Shown in pieces: positions 28,987-39,078 of a DNA stretch of 41,720 bases (position 1 is its first letter; every line of letters starts with the position of its first letter). The stretch is from a virus (Duplodnaviria > Heunggongvirae > Uroviricota > Caudoviricetes): the IMG/VR virus record IMGVR_UViG_646862326_000004; one strand, given 5' to 3'. The notes below the pieces were generated by a model. It was given only the letters and a program-made list of their open reading frames with translations. It made no database searches and was not told the origin of the DNA. Position numbers and translations under genes: made by a program.

Positions 28987-29727
28987 ATGCCAACACCAAA
29001 TCCTCTGGCACCGGTGAAAGGGGCCGGGACCACACTGTGGGTTTATAACGGGAGCGGCGACCCTTATGCAAACCCGCTTTCAGACAATGACTGGTCGCGT
29101 CTGGCAAAAATTAAAGACCTGACGCCCGGCGAACTGACCGCTGAGTCCTATGACGACAGTTATCTCGATGATGAAGATGCGGACTGGACCGCGACCGGGC
29201 AGGGGCAGAAATCCGCCGGAGATACCAGCTTCACGCTGGCGTGGATGCCCGGAGAGCAGGGGCAGCAGGCGCTGCTGGCGTGGTTTAATGAAGGTGATAC
29301 CCGTGCCTATAAAATCCGCTTCCCGAACGGCACGGTCGATGTGTTCCGTGGCTGGGTCAGCAGTATCGGTAAGGCGGTGACGGCGAAGGAAGTGATCACC
29401 CGTACGGTGAAGGTCACCAATGTGGGCCGTCCGTCAATGGCAGAAGATCGCAGTACGGTGACGGCGGCAACCGGTATGACCGTGACGCCTGCCAGCTCCT
29501 CGGTGGTGAAAGGGCAGAGCACCACGCTGACCGTGGCCTTCCAGCCGGAGGGCGCAACTGACAAGAGCTTCCGTGCGGTGTCAGCGGATAAAACAAAAGC
29601 CACCGTGTCGGTCAGTGGTATGACCATCACCGTGAACGGCGTTGCTGCAGGCAAGGTCAACATTCCGGTTGTATCCGGTAATGGTGAACTTGCTGCGGTT
29701 GCAGAAATCACTGTCACCGACAGTTAA
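28987..29727 (+). CDS. V: Major tail protein V
   Basis: 246 aa from ATG 28987, lambda V-like including the C-terminal Ig-like domain. Confidence 0.95.
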   Translation: MPTPNPLAPVKGAGTTLWVYNGSGDPYANPLSDNDWSRLAKIKDLTPGELTAESYDDSYLDDEDADWTATGQGQKSAGDTSFTLAWMPGEQGQQALLAWFNEGDTRAYKIRFPNGTVDVFRGWVSSIGKAVTAKEVITRTVKVTNVGRPSMAEDRSTVTAATGMTVTPASSSVVKGQSTTLTVAFQPEGATDKSFRAVSADKTKATVSVSGMTITVNGVAAGKVNIPVVSGNGELAAVAEITVTDS

Positions 29728-29742
29728 TCCGGAGAGTCAGCG

Positions 29743-30165
29743 ATGTTCCTGAAAACCGAATCATTTGAACATAACGGCGTGACCGTCACGCTTTCTGAAC
29801 TGTCAGCCCTGCAGCGTATTGAGCATCTCGCCCTGATGAAACAGCAGGCAGAACAGGCGGAGTCAGACAGCAACCGGCAGGTTACTGTGGAAGACGCCAT
29901 CAGAACCGGTGCTTTTGTGGTGGCGATGTCCCTGTGGCATAACCATCCGCAGAAGACAAAGCAGCCTTCCATGAATGAAGCCGTTAAACAGATTGAGCAG
30001 GAAGTGCTTACCACCTGGCCCGCGGAGGCAATTTCTCATGCTGAAAACGTGGTGTACCGGCTGTCCGGTATGTATGGGTTTGTGGTGAATGATGCCCCTG
30101 ACCAGGCAGAGGACTCCGGGCCTGCAGAGCCTGTTTCTGCGGGAAAGTGTTCGACGGTGAGCTGA
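29743..30165 (+). CDS. G: Tail assembly chaperone G
   Basis: 140 aa, lambda G-like; ends just after the slippery heptamer. Confidence 0.9.
   Translation: MFLKTESFEHNGVTVTLSELSALQRIEHLALMKQQAEQAESDSNRQVTVEDAIRTGAFVVAMSLWHNHPQKTKQPSMNEAVKQIEQEVLTTWPAEAISHAENVVYRLSGMYGFVVNDAPDQAEDSGPAEPVSAGKCSTVS
30141..30147 (+). promoter_or_regulatory. Programmed -1 ribosomal frameshift slippery site G-GGA-AAG (G to G-T)
   Basis: Heptamer GGGAAAG in the G zero frame at the G/T junction, as in lambda. Confidence 0.8.
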
Positions 30166-30581
30166 GTTTTGCCCTGAAACTGGCGCGAGAGATGGGGCGA
30201 CCTGACTGGCGCGCCATGCTTGCCGGGATGTCATCCACGGAGTATGCCGACTGGCACCGCTTTTACAGTACCCATTATTTTCATGATGTTCTGCTGGATA
30301 TGCACTTTTCCGGGCTGACGTACACTGTGCTCAGCCTGTTTTTCAGCGATCCGGATATGCATCCGCTGGATTTCAGTTTGCTGAACCGGCGTGAGGATGA
30401 CGAAGAGCCTGAAGATGATGTGCTGATGCAGAAAGCGGCAGGGCTTACCGGAGGCGTCCGCTTTGACCCGGACGGAAATGAAGTTATCCCCGCTTCCCCG
30501 GATATGGCGGGCATGACGGAGGATGACGTAATGCTGATGACAGTATCAGAAGGGATCGCAGGAGGAGTCCGGTATGGCTGA
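30147..30581 (+). CDS. T: T portion of the G-T frameshift fusion
   Basis: -1 frame ORF continuing from the slippery site (VFDGELSFALKLAREMGRPDW...), lambda T-like; made only as a G-T fusion. Confidence 0.85.
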   Translation: MFDGELSFALKLAREMGRPDWRAMLAGMSSTEYADWHRFYSTHYFHDVLLDMHFSGLTYTVLSLFFSDPDMHPLDFSLLNRREDDEEPEDDVLMQKAAGLTGGVRFDPDGNEVIPASPDMAGMTEDDVMLMTVSEGIAGGVRYG

Positions 30582-33135
30582 ACCGGTAGGCGATCTGGTC
30601 GTTGATTTAAGTCTGGATGCGGCCAGATTTGACGAGCAGATGGCCAGAGTCAGGCGTCATTTTTCCGGTACGGAAAGTGATGCGAAAAAAACAGCGGCAG
30701 TCGTTGAACAGTCGCTGAGCCGACAGGCGCTGGCTGCACAGAAAGCGGGGATTTCCGTCGGGCAGTATAAAGCCGCCATGCGTATGCTGCCTGCACAGTT
30801 CACCGACGTGGCCACGCAGCTTGCAGGCGGGCAAAGCCCGTGGCTGATCCTGCTGCAACAGGGTGGTCAGGTTAAGGACTCCTTCGGCGGGATGATCCCC
30901 ATGTTCCGGGGGCTTGCCGGTGCGATCACCCTGCCGATGGTCGGGGCCACCTCGCTGGCGGTGGCGACCGGTGCGCTGGCGTATGCCTGGTATCAGGGTA
31001 ACTCAACCCTGTCCGATTTCAACAAAACGCTGGTCCTTTCCGGCAATCAGTCGGGTCTGACGGCAGATCGTATGCTGGTCCTGTCCAGAGCCGGGCAGGC
31101 GGCAGGGCTGACGTTTAACCAGACCAGCGAGTCACTCAGCGCACTGGTTAAGGCGGGAGTAAGCGGTGAGGCTCAGATTGCATCCATCAGCCAGAGTGTG
31201 GCGCGTTTCTCCTCTGCATCCGGCGTGGAGGTGGACAAGGTCGCTGAAGCCTTCGGGAAGCTGACCACTGACCCGACGTCGGGGCTGACGGCGATGGCGC
31301 GCCAGTTCCATAACGTAACGGCGGAGCAGATTGCGTATGTTGCTCAGTTGCAGCGTTCCGGCGATGAATCCGGGGCATTGCAGGCGGCGAACGAGGCCGC
31401 AACGAAAGGGTTTGATGACCAGACCCGACGCCTGAAAGAGAACATGGGCACGCTGGAAACCTGGGCAGACAGGACAGCACGGGCATTCAAATCCATGTGG
31501 GATGCGGTGCTGGATATTGGTCGTCCTGATACCGCTCAGGAGATGCTGATTAAGGCAGAGGCTGCGTTTAAGAAAGCGGACGACATCTGGAATCTGCGCA
31601 AGGATGATTATTTTGTTAACGATGAAGCGCGGGCGCGTTACTGGGATGATCGTGAAAAGGCCCGTCTTGCGCTTGAAGCCGCCCGAAAGAAGGCTGAACA
31701 GCAGAGTCAACAGGACAAAAATGCGCAGCAGCAGAGCGATACCGAAGCATCACGGCTGAAATATACCGAAGAGGCGCAGAAGGCTTACGAACGGCTGCAG
31801 ACACCGCTGGAGAAATATACCGCCCGTCAGGAAGAACTGAACAAGGCACTGAAAGACGGGAAAATCCTGCAGGCAGATTACAACACGCTGATGGCGGCGG
31901 CGAAAAAGGATTATGAAGCGACGCTGAAAAAGCCGAAACAGTCCGGCGTGAAGGTGTCTGCGGGCGATCGTCAGGAAGACAGTGCTCATGCTGCCCTGCT
32001 GACGCTTCAGGCTGAACTCCGGACGCTGGAGAAGCATGCCGGAGCAAATGAGAAAATCAGCCAGCAGCGCCGGGATTTGTGGAAGGCGGAGAGTCAGTTC
32101 GCGGTACTGGAGGAGGCGGCGCAACGTCGCCAGCTGTCTGCACAGGAGAAATCCCTGCTGGCGCATAAAGATGAGACGCTGGAGTACAAACGCCAGCTGG
32201 CTGCACTTGGCGACAAGGTTACGTATCAGGAGCGCCTGAACGCGCTGGCGCAGCAGGCGGATAAATTCGCACAGCAGCAACGGGCAAAACGGGCCGCTAT
32301 TGATGCGAAAAGCCGGGGGCTGACTGACCGGCAGGCAGAACGGGAAGCCACGGAACAGCGCCTGAAGGAACAGTATGGCGATAATCCTCTGGCGCTGAAT
32401 AACGTCATGTCAGAGCAGAAAAAGACCTGGGCGGCTGAAGACCTGCTTCGCGGGAACTGGATGGCAGGCCTGAAGTCCGGCTGGAGTGAGTGGGAAGAGA
32501 GTGCCACGGACAGTATGTCGCAGGTTAAAAGTGCTGCCACGCAGACCTTTGATGGTATTGCGCAGAATATGGCGGCGATGCTGACCGGCAGTGAACAGAA
32601 CTGGCGCAGCTTCACCCGTTCCGTGCTGTCCATGATGACAGAAATTCTGCTTAAGCAGGCAATGGTGGGGATTGTCGGGAGTATCGGCAGCGCTATTGGC
32701 GGGGCTGTTGGTGGCGGCGCATCCGCGTCAGGCGGTACAGCCATTCAGGCCGCTGCGGCGAAACTCCATTTTGCAACCGGAGGATTTACGGGAACCGGCG
32801 GCAAATATGAGCCAGCGGGGATTGTTCACCGTGGTGAATTTGTCTTCACGAAGGAGGCAACCAGCCGGATTGGCGTGGGAAATCTCTACCGGCTGATGCG
32901 CGGCTATGCCACCGGCGGTTATGTCGGTGGCACCGGAAGTCCGGCGCAAATGCGGCGTTCAGAGGGTATCAGGTTTGAGCAGAACAACAACGTGGTGATT
33001 CAGAACGACGGTACGAATGGTCTGCCAGGTCCACAGATGATGAAGGCGGTGTATGACATGGCCCGCAAGGGTGCCCGTGATGAAATCCAGGCACAGATGC
33101 GCGATGGTGGTCTGTTCTCCGGAGGTGGACGATGA
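30574..33135 (+). CDS. H: Tail tape measure protein H
   Basis: 853 aa, same length as lambda H and lambda-like. Confidence 0.95.
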   Translation: MAEPVGDLVVDLSLDAARFDEQMARVRRHFSGTESDAKKTAAVVEQSLSRQALAAQKAGISVGQYKAAMRMLPAQFTDVATQLAGGQSPWLILLQQGGQVKDSFGGMIPMFRGLAGAITLPMVGATSLAVATGALAYAWYQGNSTLSDFNKTLVLSGNQSGLTADRMLVLSRAGQAAGLTFNQTSESLSALVKAGVSGEAQIASISQSVARFSSASGVEVDKVAEAFGKLTTDPTSGLTAMARQFHNVTAEQIAYVAQLQRSGDESGALQAANEAATKGFDDQTRRLKENMGTLETWADRTARAFKSMWDAVLDIGRPDTAQEMLIKAEAAFKKADDIWNLRKDDYFVNDEARARYWDDREKARLALEAARKKAEQQSQQDKNAQQQSDTEASRLKYTEEAQKAYERLQTPLEKYTARQEELNKALKDGKILQADYNTLMAAAKKDYEATLKKPKQSGVKVSAGDRQEDSAHAALLTLQAELRTLEKHAGANEKISQQRRDLWKAESQFAVLEEAAQRRQLSAQEKSLLAHKDETLEYKRQLAALGDKVTYQERLNALAQQADKFAQQQRAKRAAIDAKSRGLTDRQAEREATEQRLKEQYGDNPLALNNVMSEQKKTWAAEDLLRGNWMAGLKSGWSEWEESATDSMSQVKSAATQTFDGIAQNMAAMLTGSEQNWRSFTRSVLSMMTEILLKQAMVGIVGSIGSAIGGAVGGGASASGGTAIQAAAAKLHFATGGFTGTGGKYEPAGIVHRGEFVFTKEATSRIGVGNLYRLMRGYATGGYVGGTGSPAQMRRSEGIRFEQNNNVVIQNDGTNGLPGPQMMKAVYDMARKGARDEIQAQMRDGGLFSGGGR

Positions 33136-33461
33136 AAACCTTCCGCTGGAAAGTGAAACCCGGGATGGATGTGACATCGGCTCCTTCCGTCAGGGAGGTG
33201 CGCTTTGGTGATGGCTATTCCCAGCGTGCGCCTGCCGGGCTGAACGCTGACCTGAAAACGTACAGCGTGACGCTGTCTGTCTCCCGTGAGGAGGCCACGG
33301 CGCTGGAGTCGTTTCTGGCTGAGCACGGGGGCTGGAAGGCCTTTCTGTGGACGCCGCCTTATGGTTACAGGCAGATAAAGGTGACCTGCGCAAAATGGTC
33401 GTCGCGGGTCAGTATGCTGCGTGTTGAGTTCAGCGCAGAGTTTGAACAGGTGGTGAACTGA
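33132..33461 (+). CDS. M: Minor tail protein M
   Basis: 109 aa, lambda M-like. Confidence 0.9.
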   Translation: MKTFRWKVKPGMDVTSAPSVREVRFGDGYSQRAPAGLNADLKTYSVTLSVSREEATALESFLAEHGGWKAFLWTPPYGYRQIKVTCAKWSSRVSMLRVEFSAEFEQVVN

Positions 33462-34159
33462 TGCAGGATATCCGGCAGGAAACATTGAATGAATGCACCC
33501 GTGCGGAGCAGTCGGCCAGCGTGGTGCTCTGGGAAATCGATCTGACAGAGGTCGGTGGAGAACGTTATTTTTTCTGTAATGAGCAGAACGAAAAAGGTGA
33601 GCCGGTCACCTGGCAGGGGCGACAGTATCAGCCGTATCCCATTCAGGGGAGTAGTTTTGAACTGAATGGCAAAGGCACCAGTACGCGCCCCACGCTGACG
33701 GTTTCTAACCTGTACGGTATGGTCACCGGGATGGTGGAAGATCTGCAGAGTCTGGTCGGCGGAACGGTGGTCAGGCGTAAGGTTTACGCCCGTTTTCTGG
33801 ATGCGGTGAACTTCGTCAACGGAAACAGCGACGCCGATCCGGAGCAGGAGGTGATCAGCCGCTGGCGCATCGAGCAGTGCAGCGAACTGAGTGCGGTCAG
33901 TGCCTCCTTTGTACTGTCCACACCGACGGAAACGGATGGTGCCGTTTTTCCGGGGCGCATCATGCTGGCTAATACCTGCACCTGGACCTATCGCGGTGAT
34001 GAGTGCGGTTATCACGGTCCGGCGGTCGCGGATGAATATGATCAGCCGACTTCCGATATCACGAAGGATAAATGCAGCAAATGCCTGAGCGGCTGTAAGT
34101 TTCGCAATAACGTCGGCAACTTTGGCGGCTTCCTTTCCATTAACAAACTTTCGCAGTAA
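33461..34159 (+). CDS. L: Minor tail protein L
   Basis: 232 aa, lambda L-like, with C-terminal Cys cluster. Confidence 0.9.
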   Translation: MQDIRQETLNECTRAEQSASVVLWEIDLTEVGGERYFFCNEQNEKGEPVTWQGRQYQPYPIQGSSFELNGKGTSTRPTLTVSNLYGMVTGMVEDLQSLVGGTVVRRKVYARFLDAVNFVNGNSDADPEQEVISRWRIEQCSELSAVSASFVLSTPTETDGAVFPGRIMLANTCTWTYRGDECGYHGPAVADEYDQPTSDITKDKCSKCLSGCKFRNNVGNFGGFLSINKLSQ

Positions 34160-34164
34160 ATCCC

Positions 34165-34908
34165 ATGACAGAGACAGAATCAGCGATTCTGGCGCATGCC
34201 CGGCGATGTGCGCCAGCGGAGTCGTGCGGCTTCGTGGTGAGAGCGCCGGAGGGGGAAAGATATTTTCCCTGCGTGAATATCTCCGGTGAGCCGGAGGCGT
34301 ATTTCCGGATGGCTCCGGAGGACTGGCTGCAGGCAGAGATGCAGGGTGAGATTGTGGCGCTGGTCCACAGTCATCCCGGTGGTCTGCCCTGGCTGAGTGA
34401 GGCCGACCGGCGGCTGCAGGTGCAGAGTGATTTGCCGTGGTGGCTGGTCTGCCGGGGGGCGATTCATAAGTTCCGCTGTGTGCCGCATCTCACCGGGCGG
34501 CGCTTTGAGCACGGGGTGACGGACTGTTACACGCTGTTCCGGGACGCTTACCATCTGGCGGGGATTGAGATGCCGGACTTTCATCGTGAGGATGACTGGT
34601 GGCGTAACGGCCAGAATCTCTATCTTGATAATCTGGAGGCCACAGGGCTGTATCAGGTGCCGTTGTCAGCGGCGCAGCCGGGCGATGTGCTGCTGTGCTG
34701 CTTTGGTTCATCGGTGCCGAATCATGCCGCTATTTACTGTGGTGACGGCGAGCTGCTGCACCATATTCCTGAACAACTGAGTAAACGAGAGAGGTATACC
34801 GACAAATGGCAGCGACGCACACACTCCCTCTGGCGTCACCGGGCATGGCGCGCATCTGCCTTTACGGGGATTTACAACGATTTGGCCGCCGCATCGACCT
34901 TCGTGTGA
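34165..34908 (+). CDS. K: Tail tip assembly protein K (MPN/JAB and NlpC/P60-like)
   Basis: 247 aa, lambda K-like (HSHPGG motif; C-terminal Cys/His peptidase-like region). Confidence 0.9.
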   Translation: MTETESAILAHARRCAPAESCGFVVRAPEGERYFPCVNISGEPEAYFRMAPEDWLQAEMQGEIVALVHSHPGGLPWLSEADRRLQVQSDLPWWLVCRGAIHKFRCVPHLTGRRFEHGVTDCYTLFRDAYHLAGIEMPDFHREDDWWRNGQNLYLDNLEATGLYQVPLSAAQPGDVLLCCFGSSVPNHAAIYCGDGELLHHIPEQLSKRERYTDKWQRRTHSLWRHRAWRASAFTGIYNDLAAASTFV

Positions 34909-35477
34909 AAACGGGGGCTGAAGCCATCCGCGCACTGGCCACACAGCTCCCGGTGTTTCGTCAGAAACTGAGCGACGGCTGGTATCAGGTACGGATTGCC
35001 GGGCGGGACGTCAGCACGTCCGGGTTAACGGCGCAGTTACATGAGACTCTGCCTGATGGCGCTGTGATTCATATTGTTCCCAGAGTCGCCGGGGCCAAGT
35101 CAGGTGGCGTATTCCAGATTGTCCTGGGGGCTGCCGCCATTGCCGGATCATTCTTTACCGCCGGAGCCACCCTTGCAGCATGGGGGGCAGCCATTGGGGC
35201 CGGTGGTATGACCGGCATCCTGTTTTCTCTCGGTGCCAGTATGGTGCTCGGTGGTGTGGCGCAGATGCTGGCACCGAAAGCCAGAACTCCCCGTACACAG
35301 ACAACGGATAACGGCAAACAGAACACCTATTTCTCCTCACTGGATAACATGGTTGCCCAGGGCAATGTTCTGCCGGTTCTGTACGGTGAAATGCGCGTGG
35401 GGTCACGCGTGGTTTCTCAGGAGATCAGCACGGCAGACGAAGGGGATGGTGGTCAGGTTGTGGTGATTGGTCGCTGA
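34806..35477 (+). CDS. I: Tail tip assembly protein I
   Basis: 223 aa, lambda I-like; overlaps K 3-prime end as in lambda. Confidence 0.9.
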   Translation: MAATHTLPLASPGMARICLYGDLQRFGRRIDLRVKTGAEAIRALATQLPVFRQKLSDGWYQVRIAGRDVSTSGLTAQLHETLPDGAVIHIVPRVAGAKSGGVFQIVLGAAAIAGSFFTAGATLAAWGAAIGAGGMTGILFSLGASMVLGGVAQMLAPKARTPRTQTTDNGKQNTYFSSLDNMVAQGNVLPVLYGEMRVGSRVVSQEISTADEGDGGQVVVIGR

Positions 35478-35537
35478 TGCAAAATGTTTTATGTGAAACC
35501 GCCTCCGGGCGGTTTTATCGTTTATGGAGCATGACGA

Positions 35538-38500
35538 ATGGGTAAAGGCAGCAGTAAGGGGCATACCCCGCGCGAAGCGAAGGACAACCTGAAATCCACG
35601 CAGCTGCTGAGTGTGATTGATGCCATCAGCGAAGGGCCGGTTGAAGGTCCGGTGGATGGATTAAAAAGCGTGCTGCTGAACAGTACGCCGGTGCTGGACA
35701 GTGAGGGGAATACCAATATATCCGGCGTCACGGTGGTGTTCCGGGCAGGTGAGCAGGAGCAGTCACCGCCGGAGGGATTTGAATCCTCCGGCTCCGAGAC
35801 GGTGCTGGGTACGGAAGTGAAATATGACACGCCGATCACCCGCACCATTACGTCGGCAAACATCGACCGTCTGCGCTTTACCTTCGGTGTACAGGCACTG
35901 GTGGAAACCACCTCAAAGGGTGACAGGAATCCGTCGGAAGTCCGTCTGCTGGTTCAGATACAGCGTAATGGTGGCTGGGTGACGGAAAAAGACATCACCA
36001 TTAAGGGCAAAACCACCTCGCAGTATCTGGCCTCGGTGGTGGTGGGTAACCTGCCGCCGCGCCCGTTCAATATACGGATGCGCAGGATGACGCCGGACAG
36101 CACCACAGACCAGCTGCAGAACAAAACGCTCTGGTCGTCATACACCGAAATCATCGATGTGAAACAGTGCTACCCGAACACGGCACTGGTCGGCGTGCAG
36201 GTGGACTCGGAGCAGTTCGGCAGCCAGCAGGTGAGCCGTAATTATCATCTTCGCGGGCGCATTCTGCAGGTGCCGTCGAACTATAACCCGCAGACGCGGC
36301 AATACAGCGGTATCTGGGACGGAACGTTTAAGCCAGCATACAGCAACAACATGGCCTGGTGTCTGTGGGATATGCTGACCCATCCGCGCTACGGCATGGG
36401 GAAACGTCTTGGTGCGGCAGATGTGGATAAATGGGCGCTGTATGTCATCGGCCAGAATTGCGACCAGTCAGTGCCGGACGGCTTTGGCGGCACGGAGCCG
36501 CGCATCACCTGTAATGCGTACCTGACCACACAGCGCAAGGCGTGGGATGTGCTCAGTGATTTTTGCTCGGCGATGCGCTGTATGCCGGTATGGAACGGGC
36601 AGACGCTGACATTCGTGCAGGACCGACCGTCGGATAAGGTGTGGACCTATAACCGCAGTAATGTGGTGATGCCGGATGATGGCGCGCCGTTCCGCTACAG
36701 CTTCAGCGCCCTGAAAGACCGCCATAATGCCGTTGAGGTGAACTGGATTGACCCGGATAACGGCTGGGAGACGGCGACAGAGCTTGTGGAGGACACGCAG
36801 GCCATTGCCCGTTACGGTCGTAACGTCACGAAGATGGATGCCTTTGGCTGTACCAGCCGGGGGCAGGCACACCGCGCCGGGCTGTGGCTGATTAAAACGG
36901 AGCTGCTGGAAACGCAGACCGTGGACTTCAGCGTGGGTGCAGAAGGGCTTCGCCATGTACCGGGCGATGTCATTGAAATCTGTGATGATGACTATGCGGG
37001 GATCAGCATCGGCGGGCGCGTGCTGGCGGTGAACAACCAGACGCGGACACTGACGCTCGACCGTGAAATCACGCTGCCATCCTCCGGCACCACGCTGATA
37101 AGCCTGGCTGACGGACAGGGGAATCCGGTCAGCGTGGAGGTCCAGTCCGTCACCGACGGCGTGAAGGTAAAAGTGAGCCGTGTTCCTGACGGCGTTGCAG
37201 AATACAGCGTGTGGGGGCTGAAGTTGCCAACGTTGCGCCAGCGCCTGTTCCGCTGTGTGAGTATCCGTGAGAACGATGACGGCACGTATGCCATCACTGC
37301 CGTGCAGCATGTACCGGAAAAAGAGGCCATCGTGGATAACGGGGCGCACTTTGACGGCGACCAGAGCGGCACGGTGAATGGTGTCACGCCGCCAGCGGTG
37401 CAGCACCTGACTGCCGAAGTCACCGCAGACAGCGGGGAATATCAGGTGCTGGCGCGCTGGGACACGCCGAAGGTGGTGAAGGGGGTGAGCTTTATGCTTC
37501 GCCTGACCGTGGCAGCGGATGACGGCAGTGAGCGGCTGGTCAGCACGGCCCGGACGACGGAAACCACATACCGCTTCAGGCAACTGGCGCTGGGGAACTA
37601 CAGGCTGACAGTCCGGGCGGTAAATGCGTGGGGGCAGCAGGGCGATCCGGCATCGGTATCGTTCCGGATTGCCGCACCGGCAGCGCCGTCGCAGATTGAG
37701 CTGACACCGGGGTATTTTCAGATAACCGCCACGCCGCATCTTGCGGTTTATGATCCGACGGTACAGTTTGAGTTCTGGTTCTCGGAAAAGCGGATTGCGG
37801 ATATCAGGCAGGTTGAAACCACAGCACGCTATCTTGGCACGGCGCTGTACTGGATAGCCGCCAGTATCAATATCAAACCGGGCCATGATTATTATTTTTA
37901 CATCCGCAGTGTGAACACCGTTGGCAAATCGGCATTTGTGGAGGCTGTTGGCCAGCCGAGTGATGATGCATCCGGCTATCTGAATTTTTTCAAAGGAGAG
38001 ATAGGGAAAACCCATCTGGCTCAGGAGTTGTGGACGCAGATTGATAACGGTCAGCTTGCGCCTGACCTGGCTGAAATCAGGACGTCCATTACGGGTGTCA
38101 GCAATGAAATCACGCAGACCGTCAATAAGAAACTGGAAGACCAGAGTGCAGCGATCCAGCAGATACAGAAGGTTCAGGTTGATACAAATAATAACCTGAA
38201 CAGCATGTGGGCTGTGAAGCTGCAGCAGATGCAGGACGGACGCCTTTATATCGCGGGTATTGGTGCCGGTGTTGAGAATACTCCTGACGGTATGCAGAGT
38301 CAGGTGCTGCTGGCGGCGGACAGGATTGCGATGATTAATCCTGCGAATGGCAACACAAAGCCGATGTTTGTTGGGCAGGGCGATCAGATATTCATGAACG
38401 AAGTGTTCCTGAAATATCTGACGGCTCCCACCATTACCAGCGGTGGCAATCCCCCAACGTTTTCACTGACACCTGATGGTCGACTTTCTGCGAAAAATGC

Positions 38501-39020
38501 GGATATCAGCGGTAACGTGAACGCGAACTCCGGGACGCTCAACAACGTCACGATTAATCAGAACTGTCGGATTCTGGGAAAACTGTCAGCTAACCAGATT
38601 GAAGGTGATATTGTCAAAACGGTGGGAAAAGCCTTTCCGAGAAATGGCAGTTATGCCAGCGGTACAATAACGGTCACTGTGTACGATGACCAGGCTTTTG
38701 ACCGTCAGATAGTAGTCCCCCCCGTTCTGTTTCGTGGGGGTAAGCATGAAAACTTCAACAGCAACAACCAACAGTCATACTGGTATTCAACCTGTAAGCT
38801 GCAGGTACTGAAGAACGGACAGGAAATCTTTCAGCAACCCGCGACGGATGTCAGCAGGGTATTTTCATCAGTCATTGATATGCCTGCCGGACACGGCCAT
38901 GTCACCCTGACTTTCAATGTTTCTTCATATGGTGCTAATAACTGGACGCCAACGACCAGTATCAGCGACCTTCTTGTTGTTGTGATGAAGAAATCTACAG
39001 CCGGTATCAGTATCAGTTGA
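35538..39020 (+). CDS. J: Central tail fibre / host specificity protein J
   Basis: 1160 aa; first roughly 850 aa closely lambda J-like, C-terminal part diverged. Confidence 0.95.
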   Translation: MGKGSSKGHTPREAKDNLKSTQLLSVIDAISEGPVEGPVDGLKSVLLNSTPVLDSEGNTNISGVTVVFRAGEQEQSPPEGFESSGSETVLGTEVKYDTPITRTITSANIDRLRFTFGVQALVETTSKGDRNPSEVRLLVQIQRNGGWVTEKDITIKGKTTSQYLASVVVGNLPPRPFNIRMRRMTPDSTTDQLQNKTLWSSYTEIIDVKQCYPNTALVGVQVDSEQFGSQQVSRNYHLRGRILQVPSNYNPQTRQYSGIWDGTFKPAYSNNMAWCLWDMLTHPRYGMGKRLGAADVDKWALYVIGQNCDQSVPDGFGGTEPRITCNAYLTTQRKAWDVLSDFCSAMRCMPVWNGQTLTFVQDRPSDKVWTYNRSNVVMPDDGAPFRYSFSALKDRHNAVEVNWIDPDNGWETATELVEDTQAIARYGRNVTKMDAFGCTSRGQAHRAGLWLIKTELLETQTVDFSVGAEGLRHVPGDVIEICDDDYAGISIGGRVLAVNNQTRTLTLDREITLPSSGTTLISLADGQGNPVSVEVQSVTDGVKVKVSRVPDGVAEYSVWGLKLPTLRQRLFRCVSIRENDDGTYAITAVQHVPEKEAIVDNGAHFDGDQSGTVNGVTPPAVQHLTAEVTADSGEYQVLARWDTPKVVKGVSFMLRLTVAADDGSERLVSTARTTETTYRFRQLALGNYRLTVRAVNAWGQQGDPASVSFRIAAPAAPSQIELTPGYFQITATPHLAVYDPTVQFEFWFSEKRIADIRQVETTARYLGTALYWIAASINIKPGHDYYFYIRSVNTVGKSAFVEAVGQPSDDASGYLNFFKGEIGKTHLAQELWTQIDNGQLAPDLAEIRTSITGVSNEITQTVNKKLEDQSAAIQQIQKVQVDTNNNLNSMWAVKLQQMQDGRLYIAGIGAGVENTPDGMQSQVLLAADRIAMINPANGNTKPMFVGQGDQIFMNEVFLKYLTAPTITSGGNPPTFSLTPDGRLSAKNADISGNVNANSGTLNNVTINQNCRILGKLSANQIEGDIVKTVGKAFPRNGSYASGTITVTVYDDQAFDRQIVVPPVLFRGGKHENFNSNNQQSYWYSTCKLQVLKNGQEIFQQPATDVSRVFSSVIDMPAGHGHVTLTFNVSSYGANNWTPTTSISDLLVVVMKKSTAGISIS

Positions 39021-39038
39021 ATTTTATAACCCAGATAC

Positions 39039-39067
39039 GGGCGCCAGAAATGGCGCCTTTTTTATTT
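39039..39067 (+). terminator. Intrinsic terminator after J
   Basis: GGGCGCCA-GAAA-TGGCGCC hairpin followed by TTTTTTTATTT. Confidence 0.5.
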
Positions 39068-39078
39068 GTGGAGTGAAT

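Noticed and set aside
31132-32744. Several 100 to 190-aa minus-strand ORFs within tape measure H
   Set aside because: Antisense to the lambda-like 853-aa H gene; Arg/Pro-rich low-complexity translations.
36468-38015. 515-aa minus-strand ORF antisense to J
   Set aside because: Lies entirely inside the well-supported lambda-like J coding sequence; Arg/Pro/His-rich composition typical of an antisense frame of GC-rich coding DNA.
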